64,000 nt of DNA from a virus. Taxonomy: Duplodnaviria; Caudoviricetes. Under the pieces are notes generated by a model. That model was not told the DNA's origin. It saw only the letters and a program-made list of their open reading frames with translations, and made no database searches. Below, piece by piece: positions 7,884 to 16,717 of the stretch (positions are counted from its first letter, which is position 1; each line of letters opens with the position of its first letter). The stretch spans positions 64,001 to 128,000 of the IMG/VR virus record IMGVR_UViG_2597489997_000001; one strand, 5' to 3'. Made by a program: the position numbers and the translations under genes.

Positions 7884-9197
7884 TTATCTGAGTATTTGAG
7901 ATAAAGACATGGTTATGGTTTTCAATTGAGATACGTGCATCGCTTTCATACGCGTCAGCATGAACTGTGTAAATACGTAAACGGTTTCTGCTGATACACG
8001 GGTTTTGATCGCACCCAGTTTCTCACCGCAACATGTTTTACACAAGTTGTCATCAGGCTGAGTACAATACTCAGGAACACGCATTGCGACGACTGTACCA
8101 ATTAAGGATTCATGAGCCTTAGTCAACAGTACTGGCGTATTCCCTTCCATGATGTAACCACCCAACCAACCTTTGAAGTTAAACTTATTCAGCTTAATAG
8201 GTTCTGTGCGTTTGGTATCGCACATATCGGAACCAATCATCATACGGTTAGTTAAGAGAATAGCTACCTTAACTTCTGCACCACCTTCACCGGTTGCGTT
8301 ACCACGGTCAAATGACGCAGATACAGCGGTGTTAATGTATTCAGGATAATGATCAGGATCCCAACCCTCATCCAGTGATTTACGCAGTAATTGATATTTA
8401 CCTGTGTTGAAGTCAGGTACCATATCAAAGATGATGAACATCTTCTTACGGGCGTTATCAATGAACTTACCGTTAATGAAGAAGTCTTTAGATGGACCAG
8501 CGTATTGGATCTTAGCATCCAGCGCAATAACCTTATCAATAGCGATAGCTACTGCGGTAGGGTCATCTAGTTTACCTTCATCTTCTAACTGCTTCAATAG
8601 TTCATCACGGAGCTTGGTCACTTCAGGATGCACAGTGAGAACATCGATAGATGAAGCTTTAACGAAGACTTGGTTCATACCTTCAAGGTAGTCCAACTGC
8701 TTTGTTGCTTTCAGACATTCATCTACGGATGCTTTCCCTTCCGGTAGTTCTTCCCCTGGTAATGGGTTATCAACCATCAAGCCATCAATGATGCCTTGTA
8801 CAACACCACCAGAGATACGACCATTTACATAACTGGTACGAGTACCGAATGACTCAAACAACACAACGATGTTAACAAGGAAGATACCGATAGTGGTTTC
8901 TTTCTTTTCTCTAACAAAGTCATGCACGTCCATGTCAATAGTCAACTTCTCATTCTTATAGAAGAGAGGTTGGTTAAAATCCTCGTAGCCAGTAATAATG
9001 ACCTTGTTACCTTGTTCATCGATAAAGTAGAACTGTTTGTTCTCGTTATCACGAATCATCGCATACGGAACTTTCTCTAAAAGAGATTTGTTCTTAGGAG
9101 TATCGTGTACGAGGCTGAAGATGGACATCAAGAAAGTCTTACGAATGTATGCACGATTCTTAAATGCCAAGAACAGATAGTCGAGCTTATGCATCAA
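7884..9197 (-). CDS. Split multisubunit RNA polymerase beta' fragment (virion RNAP, phiKZ gp80-like)
   Basis: Bridge-helix-like SFDRGNATGEGGAEVK, Zn ligands CDT...C....LCKTCCG and trigger-loop-like QFMLTRMKAMH, matching the middle of RpoC. Confidence 0.85.
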   Translation of the reverse strand: MMHKLDYLFLAFKNRAYIRKTFLMSIFSLVHDTPKNKSLLEKVPYAMIRDNENKQFYFIDEQGNKVIITGYEDFNQPLFYKNEKLTIDMDVHDFVREKKETTIGIFLVNIVVLFESFGTRTSYVNGRISGGVVQGIIDGLMVDNPLPGEELPEGKASVDECLKATKQLDYLEGMNQVFVKASSIDVLTVHPEVTKLRDELLKQLEDEGKLDDPTAVAIAIDKVIALDAKIQYAGPSKDFFINGKFIDNARKKMFIIFDMVPDFNTGKYQLLRKSLDEGWDPDHYPEYINTAVSASFDRGNATGEGGAEVKVAILLTNRMMIGSDMCDTKRTEPIKLNKFNFKGWLGGYIMEGNTPVLLTKAHESLIGTVVAMRVPEYCTQPDDNLCKTCCGEKLGAIKTRVSAETVYVFTQFMLTRMKAMHVSQLKTITMSLSQILR

Positions 9198-10074
9198 GCT
9201 TCACCTCTTTCAATATTTCATTTCCTTTATACACTTCCTCAATGGTGGAGCAGTGATCTTCGATTAATGCAGTGAACTGTCCGAAGATCTCTTTATCGCT
9301 GAGGTCAGAGATAATCATCAAGGATAATACCATGCCCAGATAAACGATCGGTTCTTCATCTACCAATGACAACGCTAACTCATTAGCAAACAGGGTGAAG
9401 TAAACGTCAATGTTTAAACCAACACCACCACCATTTGCTATGTGGGTACCAGCAAAGGTTTTCACCAGGAATTGCTTGTTACGGATGATGCGCTGTTTCA
9501 GTACGTGATCCAGAACTTGATCGTCGTCTTCATCAATCAGGTTCAAACCGATTTTAATACCACGAATGGTATTCATGGAAACGTCTTCAATGAAGTACTC
9601 CATGTCATCCAGCTTGTTCTCATACTGAGGCTGGGTTAGTCTGACGATTTTCAGGAAACGTTCTTTACAGTCTGCTTCATCGTCATCTAATACGTCAACC
9701 AAGCCGATCAGGTCAGTCATACCGTCGAACAGATAAATGGTATCGATAACGATCTTCAATGGTTCTAAGTGATCCATTGTTAAAAAGTCTTTATCAATGA
9801 TAATACCCATTATCTGCAACGCGTCGATAAAGGTATCGATAAACAGTTTGCGGACATGAGCAATCAAGTCTGCCGTATCTAAACCTTCATCAATAAACAG
9901 ATGTTCTAGCGTTGAGTCGATGTAACTGTCAGGGAATGACAACGTAATTAAATTATACGACTCAATGAATAATGTAGCTTGGGCAGGATGTACACGCGCT
10001 ATAAAGTCCAGCCACATATCACCTAAATTTTCCGCACCTAAGTCTACGTTGGTAAGATCAATCATATCTGACAT
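9187..10074 (-). CDS. Acidic hypothetical protein co-transcribed with the vRNAP fragment
   Basis: 295-aa ORF overlapping the start of the RNAP gene. Confidence 0.75.
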   Translation of the reverse strand: MSDMIDLTNVDLGAENLGDMWLDFIARVHPAQATLFIESYNLITLSFPDSYIDSTLEHLFIDEGLDTADLIAHVRKLFIDTFIDALQIMGIIIDKDFLTMDHLEPLKIVIDTIYLFDGMTDLIGLVDVLDDDEADCKERFLKIVRLTQPQYENKLDDMEYFIEDVSMNTIRGIKIGLNLIDEDDDQVLDHVLKQRIIRNKQFLVKTFAGTHIANGGGVGLNIDVYFTLFANELALSLVDEEPIVYLGMVLSLMIISDLSDKEIFGQFTALIEDHCSTIEEVYKGNEILKEVKLDA

Positions 10075-10107
10075 AGATTTGCCTATTTACTTATAAGGGG
10101 TCATAAC

Positions 10108-10866
10108 ATGTCTAAGAAGTCCGTTCACACTCGTGCTGTAAAACGCAATGCCCGCGCTAAAGCTAAACGTACATCAATCGCTCGTGGCAAGGCAACTCCA
10201 GCTGCGTTACAGCAGAAGAAGATGAACAAACTCTTTGACGTCATTGGGGATCGTCCTGATTTCGACAACGTGTTAGAACACGCGATGAAACAAGTACGTA
10301 AGGGTAAAGTAGAGAAGTCGTCATTTAAAGACAGTTCCGAGTTACTGGATGGTCTGAAGAAAATGACAGGCGAAGTATTCCGTATGTACTGTTATATTAC
10401 TCTGGTTAACGAGATGATTAACAAGCAAGTTATTGTTGATGAGATCAAAGTTGACCTGCCTGGTATTACTCGCAAGCTGCTGGAAATCGACAACCGCATC
10501 GGTCAGTTGGTTTATCTGACTGAGAACCGCACTGAGATGGAAGATAAGTTCGGTGAAGGTTCTGACCTCTACATTAACACCGAATCTCTGGATATGGGCA
10601 CCACACTCCAGACCTTCGCAGATATTCTGTATGAAGAAGTTGCTCGTTTCGAACCGCATTCTCTGGTATTCGAAGAAACATTATCTCGTCTGGCTGATGG
10701 CGAAGCAGAAGGTGATGAGAACCAACGTCGCTTCAAAGTACTGCAAACTATCGCTTACGCTTACATGGCTGACATTAGTCTGAAAGATAAAGAAGCGGAA
10801 GAACAGACTGCTTCAGAACTTCAAGAAGACAACACTGGTGGAAATAACGAACCCGTTGTTGCTTAA
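10108..10866 (+). CDS. Hypothetical protein with basic N-terminal arm and acidic helical body
   Basis: 252-aa ORF, AAGGGG RBS, strong codon bias. Confidence 0.75.
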   Translation: MSKKSVHTRAVKRNARAKAKRTSIARGKATPAALQQKKMNKLFDVIGDRPDFDNVLEHAMKQVRKGKVEKSSFKDSSELLDGLKKMTGEVFRMYCYITLVNEMINKQVIVDEIKVDLPGITRKLLEIDNRIGQLVYLTENRTEMEDKFGEGSDLYINTESLDMGTTLQTFADILYEEVARFEPHSLVFEETLSRLADGEAEGDENQRRFKVLQTIAYAYMADISLKDKEAEEQTASELQEDNTGGNNEPVVA

Positions 10867-10907
10867 TCCGTAATCCCTCAATCCACTCCTTATATAGGAA
10901 TGTAATA

Positions 10908-12527
10908 ATGTCAGAAGTTAATAACGACACACCTCAGACAGAAATGCAGCAGGAAGTAAATAAAGAGAAGTGCATTAAGATTCTCCGTGCTACACTGCTG
11001 GGAACTGCTGATGATCTTCAACCTTCCCTTCCTCTGTTCATTGGTACTCTGAAAGAAGAACATGCGATTATCTATCGTGCTGCAACTTCTTATCTGGGTA
11101 TGGTAGATGCTCAGAAGAAAGGTAATGAACGCGCAGTAAATATCTTCAAGTCCCAGTTCGAAGAAATTCGTGCAGAACACTTCCCTGGTTCTGAAGATGC
11201 CGTTCTGTTCCCAATGTTGACCAACTACTTCCACTTCTTCTTCAATGGACTGGACCGTACTCTGGTTCGCGATGAAACCATTGATCTGGCTCAGACCGCT
11301 GATGTCGGTAACACTTTCCCAGGCAAAGCTGGACCGATGGCACTGGTTAACCCTTTGACTCCATCTGTTAATGCCACGATGGGTGTCCGTGAACGTATGC
11401 GTCGTAACTTCCTGCGTGCTTATGATCGCCCTGACTCTTTCAACCTGGTTCTGGAAAACTCCCTCATCTTTATGAAGGTTAAAGTTCCTGAGCCATTGGA
11501 ACTGGTTCGTCTGATTAATGACATCGTCATTAAGCTTCGCCAGTACGGTGAAAAGTATCAGGTGTCTTCTCTCCACCTGGAACGTGCCGGTATTGGTAAG
11601 ATCCTGGTTAACTTCATTCTGGACCGTCTGTCATACCACAGTGTTAAAGGTATTGACGATCCGTATGAACTGAAGTCAATTATTCTGGCTAACGACCTTA
11701 ACCAGATTGCACAGACTCTGTTATGTATCACTCAGCCTAAGGGTGTTGCATTCCGCATGTACTGCCTGGCTAACAAGTGTAACTACTCAGAGAACGTTAT
11801 CATTGATCCTACATCAATGTTACTGGAACTGGGTAACACTATGCCTGAGAAGCGCTGGGAGCTCTTACAGGACGTTGTTAACAATGGTCGTAAGTTATCC
11901 CGTGAAGAGATCGCTGCTAACCCTCCTGTCTATCTGGACAAAGAAGGTAAGGAAATCAAACCAGGGGTTGACCTGAAAGACGGTACTGGTCGCTTGCTGA
12001 TTGGTGTTCCTACCATGGGTGAGTACTTCGCTGCGTTTGATGCAATGGCAGAACGTCTGAACCCTGAACTGCGTCAGTTGGCAGTAGACTTCCCTAATCA
12101 GAAGATCTACTCTGAAAAACGTAAAGAAGTGGTTGCTGCGTTACGTGGCGGCGAGTACCTGCAATGGTTCCGCGCTTACGAAATCTTCCCTCCTGTTGGT
12201 GAAGAAGGTGATAACGAAATCATTACTCGTGAAGAAGATCCTAAAGAGTTCGATGAAGGTCTGATGGATATCTTCAACAAGGATGACGATCTTTACTACG
12301 ATGCCATTCAGCAGATCATTACTTACGCACCTCGTATGACATATACCTTCGTTGGTATTAAAGACGACGTGTGCCCTAACTGTAAGAAGAAAGCAGAAGG
12401 TGTTGACCGTGAAGCTACCCCAGGCTTTACTCCAGTTGACCCAGTACTGAATTTTTTCGACCATACCCGAATGATGATCAACGTCCAGACGTTCAACGGA
12501 ACTTTACAAGAGGACAGTCTTTCTTAA
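10908..12527 (+). CDS. Putative tail/baseplate assembly chaperone with Zn-ribbon Cys pairs; short product of a possible frameshift locus
   Basis: 539 aa, AGGA RBS; Cys pairs YCLANKC and CPNC; the NFF near the C-terminus is encoded by a slippery T6C run. The function is inferred. Confidence 0.5.
   Translation: MSEVNNDTPQTEMQQEVNKEKCIKILRATLLGTADDLQPSLPLFIGTLKEEHAIIYRAATSYLGMVDAQKKGNERAVNIFKSQFEEIRAEHFPGSEDAVLFPMLTNYFHFFFNGLDRTLVRDETIDLAQTADVGNTFPGKAGPMALVNPLTPSVNATMGVRERMRRNFLRAYDRPDSFNLVLENSLIFMKVKVPEPLELVRLINDIVIKLRQYGEKYQVSSLHLERAGIGKILVNFILDRLSYHSVKGIDDPYELKSIILANDLNQIAQTLLCITQPKGVAFRMYCLANKCNYSENVIIDPTSMLLELGNTMPEKRWELLQDVVNNGRKLSREEIAANPPVYLDKEGKEIKPGVDLKDGTGRLLIGVPTMGEYFAAFDAMAERLNPELRQLAVDFPNQKIYSEKRKEVVAALRGGEYLQWFRAYEIFPPVGEEGDNEIITREEDPKEFDEGLMDIFNKDDDLYYDAIQQIITYAPRMTYTFVGIKDDVCPNCKKKAEGVDREATPGFTPVDPVLNFFDHTRMMINVQTFNGTLQEDSLS
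12452..12458 (+). other. Candidate -1 programmed ribosomal frameshift heptamer T TTT TTC
   Basis: Correct X XXY YYZ phase in the 10908 ORF. The -1 frame has a stop at 12437-12439 and is then open from 12440 to 12979. Confidence 0.6.
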
Positions 12528-12568
12528 ATACTGAGAAAGATTTAAACCCTCAATCGGTTAATAAGGCG

Positions 12569-12979
12569 ATGGAATTACTCATCGCCTCAGCCAATGAAGT
12601 TGATCCATTGAAGTTAGCCATAACCGATCATCGGATGTTTGCTTTGCGTCATGGGTACATCTCTGATAAGGAACCTTTTGTTAACCACATTAAGTTCAAT
12701 ACTCAGTTACGGGATTGTTATCATCCGTGGTCGGCTAGCTCTGTCGGACACACATACGGGATACGGGAATACGAAAAGGTTATATCTCTGAAGGACTACA
12801 TGACTATGCCGGTAGACCTTACTGAGGATCTTTTGGAAGCCGTTGTTCGTGGTCAAGCTGACTTAGCTAAGCTTAAGAAAGAAGCTGCGGACAAAGCTGC
12901 ACGTGCAGCAGGTGGATCTACCGACCCTGGTAAGTCTGCCATAACTAATGCATTAAGAGAGGACAAGCGTCATGGGTAA
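12569..12979 (+). CDS. Hypothetical protein; probably the C-terminal part of a frameshift fusion with 10908
   Basis: In the -1 frame relative to 10908 and open for 43 codons upstream of its ATG; SD is weak and too close (TAAGG-CG-ATG); YMTMP motif. Confidence 0.65.
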   Translation: MELLIASANEVDPLKLAITDHRMFALRHGYISDKEPFVNHIKFNTQLRDCYHPWSASSVGHTYGIREYEKVISLKDYMTMPVDLTEDLLEAVVRGQADLAKLKKEAADKAARAAGGSTDPGKSAITNALREDKRHG

Positions 12980-13499
12980 TGCTTTTGAACCACCTAAGGT
13001 AGACAAGCGTCAGAATGCTGTCGCCGTACAAGTTGCTGCTGAAGTAAAAGAAGCTGAAGCACCACGCGTACCTACTACTCCAGCCACCATTTATAAAAAT
13101 GGTATTGATACCTTCGTTCGCTTCCTGAAAGGTGAAGTGTTTGGTGGTTCCCTGGAAGAACGTAAGAAGTATCAGCTGCAATTCGTTGATTCTATCTGGC
13201 CTATGCTGGAACTGAGCGACGCACTGCTGAAAGACATTCTGGATCACTTCGTTATTCAGATTGTTGAGAACAAAGATGTATTCAACTACAATTCTGTTTG
13301 TGCTCCTCTGTTCTCCGTTGAATCAGATCGTGCAACCGATGTGATGACTCGTTACAAGCAGTTCATGCTGTTCATTATCATGTACGCTGAGAATGCTCGT
13401 GACCGTCAACGTTTCCTGGCTATGTACGATGTACCTCGTTTCACTAACACGCTGACTCCTATCGCGAAACAGCGTCTTACCAACTACGTGTATCGTTAA
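12972..13499 (+). CDS. Hypothetical protein (175 aa)
   Basis: GAGGA RBS; strong codon bias. Confidence 0.75.
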   Translation: MGNAFEPPKVDKRQNAVAVQVAAEVKEAEAPRVPTTPATIYKNGIDTFVRFLKGEVFGGSLEERKKYQLQFVDSIWPMLELSDALLKDILDHFVIQIVENKDVFNYNSVCAPLFSVESDRATDVMTRYKQFMLFIIMYAENARDRQRFLAMYDVPRFTNTLTPIAKQRLTNYVYR

Positions 13500-13506
13500 T
13501 ATAATT

Positions 13507-13548
13507 CCCTACTCCCTCCGCAAGGAAGGGGTAGGGGTTTATGTTTGT
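13507..13548 (+). terminator. Hairpin, CCCTAC family, followed by TTTATGTTTG
   Basis: CCCTACTCCCTCC-GCAA-GGAAGGGGTAGGG. Confidence 0.75.
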
Positions 13549-13563
13549 CTATTCATTTTCAAA

Positions 13564-13582
13564 CAGATATTATTATAATGTA
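13564..13582 (+). promoter_or_regulatory. Putative early (virion RNAP) promoter
   Basis: CAGATATTAT-N5-TGTA, shared with 45733 and 52474; resembles the phiKZ early consensus TATATTAC. Confidence 0.55.
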
Positions 13583-13621
13583 TAAGTACAAATCTAAATT
13601 ACCCCAATAAGGAATAACACC

Positions 13622-14089
13622 GTGGCTGATATTACTGATGATTTCTTCTCTGTTACTGAAGACTCTTTCAAAGAGTTACTGAAAGATAAAGTAGCTGGTA
13701 TTGATGAGCGTAAACTTGTTCATTTGATCAAGGGTATTCGCAAACAGTCTTACTTCGGTGAGAGCATGTTCAAAGATCCTGCATTCGGCCAGGGCGAGCG
13801 CTGTAAGGTTGTTTACCAAGCCGTCCCTAACCCACTGACTGCTGAACAGTTCCATGAGCAATCTAACATCAAGGTTCCTTATACTGATCTGTTGGACGCC
13901 TTTGTCATTCCGCTGTGGGTTCCTAATCAGTGTAATGCGGTACAAGCTCGTCTGGCTATCTGCACCCCGCGATATGGGGACCATGTCATCGCTGTACAGG
14001 TCCGTTATGGCTTCAAACAAAATGTGTGGGCAACCATTTACTGTGATACCCAAACAGTAAAAATCGCCATCCGTTCAATCCTCCGTTAA
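13622..14089 (+). CDS. Hypothetical protein, paralog of 14101..14568
   Basis: TAAGGA RBS, GTG start; shared SF(K/R)ELL, NP(L/F) and LDA(F/L)VIP blocks. Confidence 0.75.
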   Translation: MADITDDFFSVTEDSFKELLKDKVAGIDERKLVHLIKGIRKQSYFGESMFKDPAFGQGERCKVVYQAVPNPLTAEQFHEQSNIKVPYTDLLDAFVIPLWVPNQCNAVQARLAICTPRYGDHVIAVQVRYGFKQNVWATIYCDTQTVKIAIRSILR

Positions 14090-14100
14090 TAGGTATCCCC

Positions 14101-14568
14101 ATGGCTAAAGAAATTACCGAAGAACAATTCAATCATGACATCCCTCCATCTATTCTGGAGAAGTCTTTCCGTGAGTTGTTGAACGAAACGTTCATTAAGG
14201 ATAAGCGAGCTTATTTGATTCACGAAGTTCGTAACATGTCCCATCACTCTGGTTTTGAGAACATTTTCAACTACGAATACATCGATCACTACGAACGTGT
14301 GGTTGTTGAAAAAGATGCTATTGTCAATCCGTTCTTTGATGATAGTCCTGATCGCCCTGAGAAGCTCGATGCGCTGGTTATTCCGTTCATGGATGGGTAT
14401 GGTTCAGTTTGCCATATCAAGCTGTGTATCTCCATTAGCGAGTACGAATATCCTACCTATGAACTTCGTTTCCAGGTTCGTGGGGTTCGCCGCAATATCC
14501 ATCTTCCGGTAACGCCGAAGAACGCTCTGCCCACCATTAAGAAACTTCAGTACCCTGGTAAGTTCTAA
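14101..14568 (+). CDS. Hypothetical protein, paralog of 13622..14089
   Basis: AGGT RBS; aligns by eye with the upstream gene. Confidence 0.75.
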   Translation: MAKEITEEQFNHDIPPSILEKSFRELLNETFIKDKRAYLIHEVRNMSHHSGFENIFNYEYIDHYERVVVEKDAIVNPFFDDSPDRPEKLDALVIPFMDGYGSVCHIKLCISISEYEYPTYELRFQVRGVRRNIHLPVTPKNALPTIKKLQYPGKF

Positions 14569-14577
14569 GGAGAAGTA

Positions 14578-14832
14578 ATGTCTATCGATAAAAGGAAGTG
14601 GGTTGTATCATCTAAAGGCCGACCTACTAATACCGTGGAAATATCTGCTGTTCAGTACGGTGCCCATGGTAATACCTCGTGGGGCTGGCCCGGTGTCGAT
14701 AAAATAATTCTTCTTGACCAGCGCTCTGGGTATTCTCCCGATTTACCAAACGCCATGGAGCTGATCAAAGATGCTGAGGAACTCGCTCAGGTTGTCTGTG
14801 ATCATAAGAATAAGAAGTTAGGTCTACTATAA
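14578..14832 (+). CDS. Small hypothetical protein
   Basis: TAAGGAG RBS; SWGW motif. Confidence 0.7.
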   Translation: MSIDKRKWVVSSKGRPTNTVEISAVQYGAHGNTSWGWPGVDKIILLDQRSGYSPDLPNAMELIKDAEELAQVVCDHKNKKLGLL

Positions 14833-14840
14833 AGACATAT

Positions 14841-14872
14841 CCCCTACCCACTCCGTCAAGGAGGGGTAGGGG
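14841..14872. repeat. 32-bp hairpin element, exact inverted copy of 20748-20779; probable bidirectional terminator
   Basis: CCCCTACCCACTCCGTCAAGGAGGGGTAGGGG between convergent genes. Confidence 0.85.
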
Positions 14873-14879
14873 TTTATGA

Positions 14880-16628
14880 TTATGCTGCTTTTTTCATTTG
14901 TTCGATGAATGGGATTACAGACTCTTCATAGAAAGAGTTGATTTCAGTTAACTGAGGCATCCCGTAAATGGTATTACACAATGTCACTGCGTTAGCGATC
15001 GGTGATGATGCATAGTTCACACCAACGCGACGGAACTCGAAACGGTCCAGTCCTTCAATCTCACACACTTCCATCTTAGTAGTCTTGTTAGACACGTTAA
15101 GTGAAACTGTGATATGAGGGTAGGCACCTGTTACGTCGATATCGTCCGTATCCCCACGACCACGTGAACGCCATGAAGGAAGTCCAGCATAGATAGCTTT
15201 ACCTTTATCTTCATTAAGCTCAGCATGGAGCAGAGCGATCCAGTCACGCAGGTCTGGCTTGATCTCTTTCCAAAGATCTTCCTTCTTACGACCAACTGTA
15301 CCCCAAACATAACCTTCTTTCAATGCGATGAATGAAAGCTTATCGGAGATCATTGATGGTTGTGATTGGTAAGACTTCAGTTCAGAAGAAGTTACCAGAG
15401 ACGGAAGTGACAGTGAGTAGTCGTTAGTGGCACGGTTCAGATCTTCAATGACCCAGTTATCTCGGATGTTATACATTACGTATTCGTACGGATAATTGGC
15501 TACCATGAATTTGTGCCATTCAACAGAACCAGGTTGCAGATGTTCTGCTTCAGGAATATACAACTTCCCTTCTACCTTCTCAGCCTTAGCTGTGTTCTGC
15601 AACGAATAAGATTCCTTCTTACCCATAGGAGCACGTTTAATTGCATAGAAAGACATTCCGTCAAACCACTGCCAACGAGCTGGGGCTTGAACTACTGGGA
15701 ATCTTTCTTGTGGTTCTAAAGGAGATTGTGAACCATCTACTTTACGTTTAAACTCACGACCTTTAAAGTAATAGTAATCTTGATACGGTTTAGGAATAGA
15801 AGGATCAGAATAAGTCTCAGCTAAATTGTAACCTTCATTTTCAAGAGCTTTCTCATTCTGCTCCATATCAAAGTTTGCGTTCCAGCTAACAACGAAGTCC
15901 ATTGACATCCGGTGCCAAGCTTGTACGTTATTATAAACAACCTGACCTGGCGTGTTAGCCAGTTCCCACTGGATCGTTACACCGTGCTTGTCCATATAGT
16001 CTTTCAAGTGAATCGCCGCACACTCGTTCAACTTACGGATAATAATCGCGTCGTCTTTCTGATCTTCTTCTGGGAAGTAACTACGAAGACCCGACCAATA
16101 GGCTTGTTCCTTCATAGTAGTAGAAGCCATGTTGATTGGACCGACGGAGCCATCTTTCATGATGTAAGTTTCAACGTCGTATGCCGCAACCTTAAAAGCT
16201 TCTGCTGGTTGGTGGTCAGGGAATCTTTCGTAATACTTTTGTTTATAGATTACGGGAACAGATTCTTGACACCCGAATACATATGGGTTGTTCTTCATGT
16301 CAGAGATCTGAGCTTTACGATCTGGTCGACCAAAGAGACACTTACTGATCTGTTCTGCTAAACGTGATTCGTTGGTTGAGTGCTTGTCGCACTTGTTCGC
16401 TTCGATATAGTCACGTTTATCTTTAAAGCCTTGGTACTTCTTCTTAACAATATAGAAGTCGCGTTTATAGTTCTCAATCTGAACTAAACGGTCGGTACGT
16501 TTGCCGCTCTGATGGATATCAGTTACCTTGGCAGTAAGTAAATCATTACCACCGCTAAATTTATTGAAGGATAAGTAAGCGTGCTTACAAACGCGTCCAA
16601 CAATAGGATCTTCGATTTTATCTGTCAT
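14880..16628 (-). CDS. Family B DNA polymerase, exonuclease-containing subunit of the split enzyme (phiKZ gp82-like)
   Basis: ExoI AYDVET, ExoII SWNANFD, ExoIII YNIRD; PolB motif A-like DVTGAYP near the C-terminus; no downstream motif C. Confidence 0.85.
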   Translation of the reverse strand: MTDKIEDPIVGRVCKHAYLSFNKFSGGNDLLTAKVTDIHQSGKRTDRLVQIENYKRDFYIVKKKYQGFKDKRDYIEANKCDKHSTNESRLAEQISKCLFGRPDRKAQISDMKNNPYVFGCQESVPVIYKQKYYERFPDHQPAEAFKVAAYDVETYIMKDGSVGPINMASTTMKEQAYWSGLRSYFPEEDQKDDAIIIRKLNECAAIHLKDYMDKHGVTIQWELANTPGQVVYNNVQAWHRMSMDFVVSWNANFDMEQNEKALENEGYNLAETYSDPSIPKPYQDYYYFKGREFKRKVDGSQSPLEPQERFPVVQAPARWQWFDGMSFYAIKRAPMGKKESYSLQNTAKAEKVEGKLYIPEAEHLQPGSVEWHKFMVANYPYEYVMYNIRDNWVIEDLNRATNDYSLSLPSLVTSSELKSYQSQPSMISDKLSFIALKEGYVWGTVGRKKEDLWKEIKPDLRDWIALLHAELNEDKGKAIYAGLPSWRSRGRGDTDDIDVTGAYPHITVSLNVSNKTTKMEVCEIEGLDRFEFRRVGVNYASSPIANAVTLCNTIYGMPQLTEINSFYEESVIPFIEQMKKAA

Positions 16629-16643
16629 GTCAATACCCGAATG

Positions 16644-16657
16644 TTATGACGTCATAA
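16644..16657. promoter_or_regulatory. Perfect palindrome TTATGACGTCATAA between divergent genes (TATG on both strands)
   Basis: 14-bp palindrome in the ~90-bp gap between the polymerase gene and the 16718 gene. Confidence 0.45.
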
Positions 16658-16717
16658 GTTGAATTTGCTACACAATCCAGCTTGCCCTTTTATTTTACTC
16701 CCGGAGTAACACTAGAA

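Noticed and set aside
15135-15160. GDTD in the polymerase subunit as PolB motif C
   Set aside because: It lies immediately before motif A rather than after motif B and lacks the Y-G-D-T-D-S context, so it is probably coincidental.
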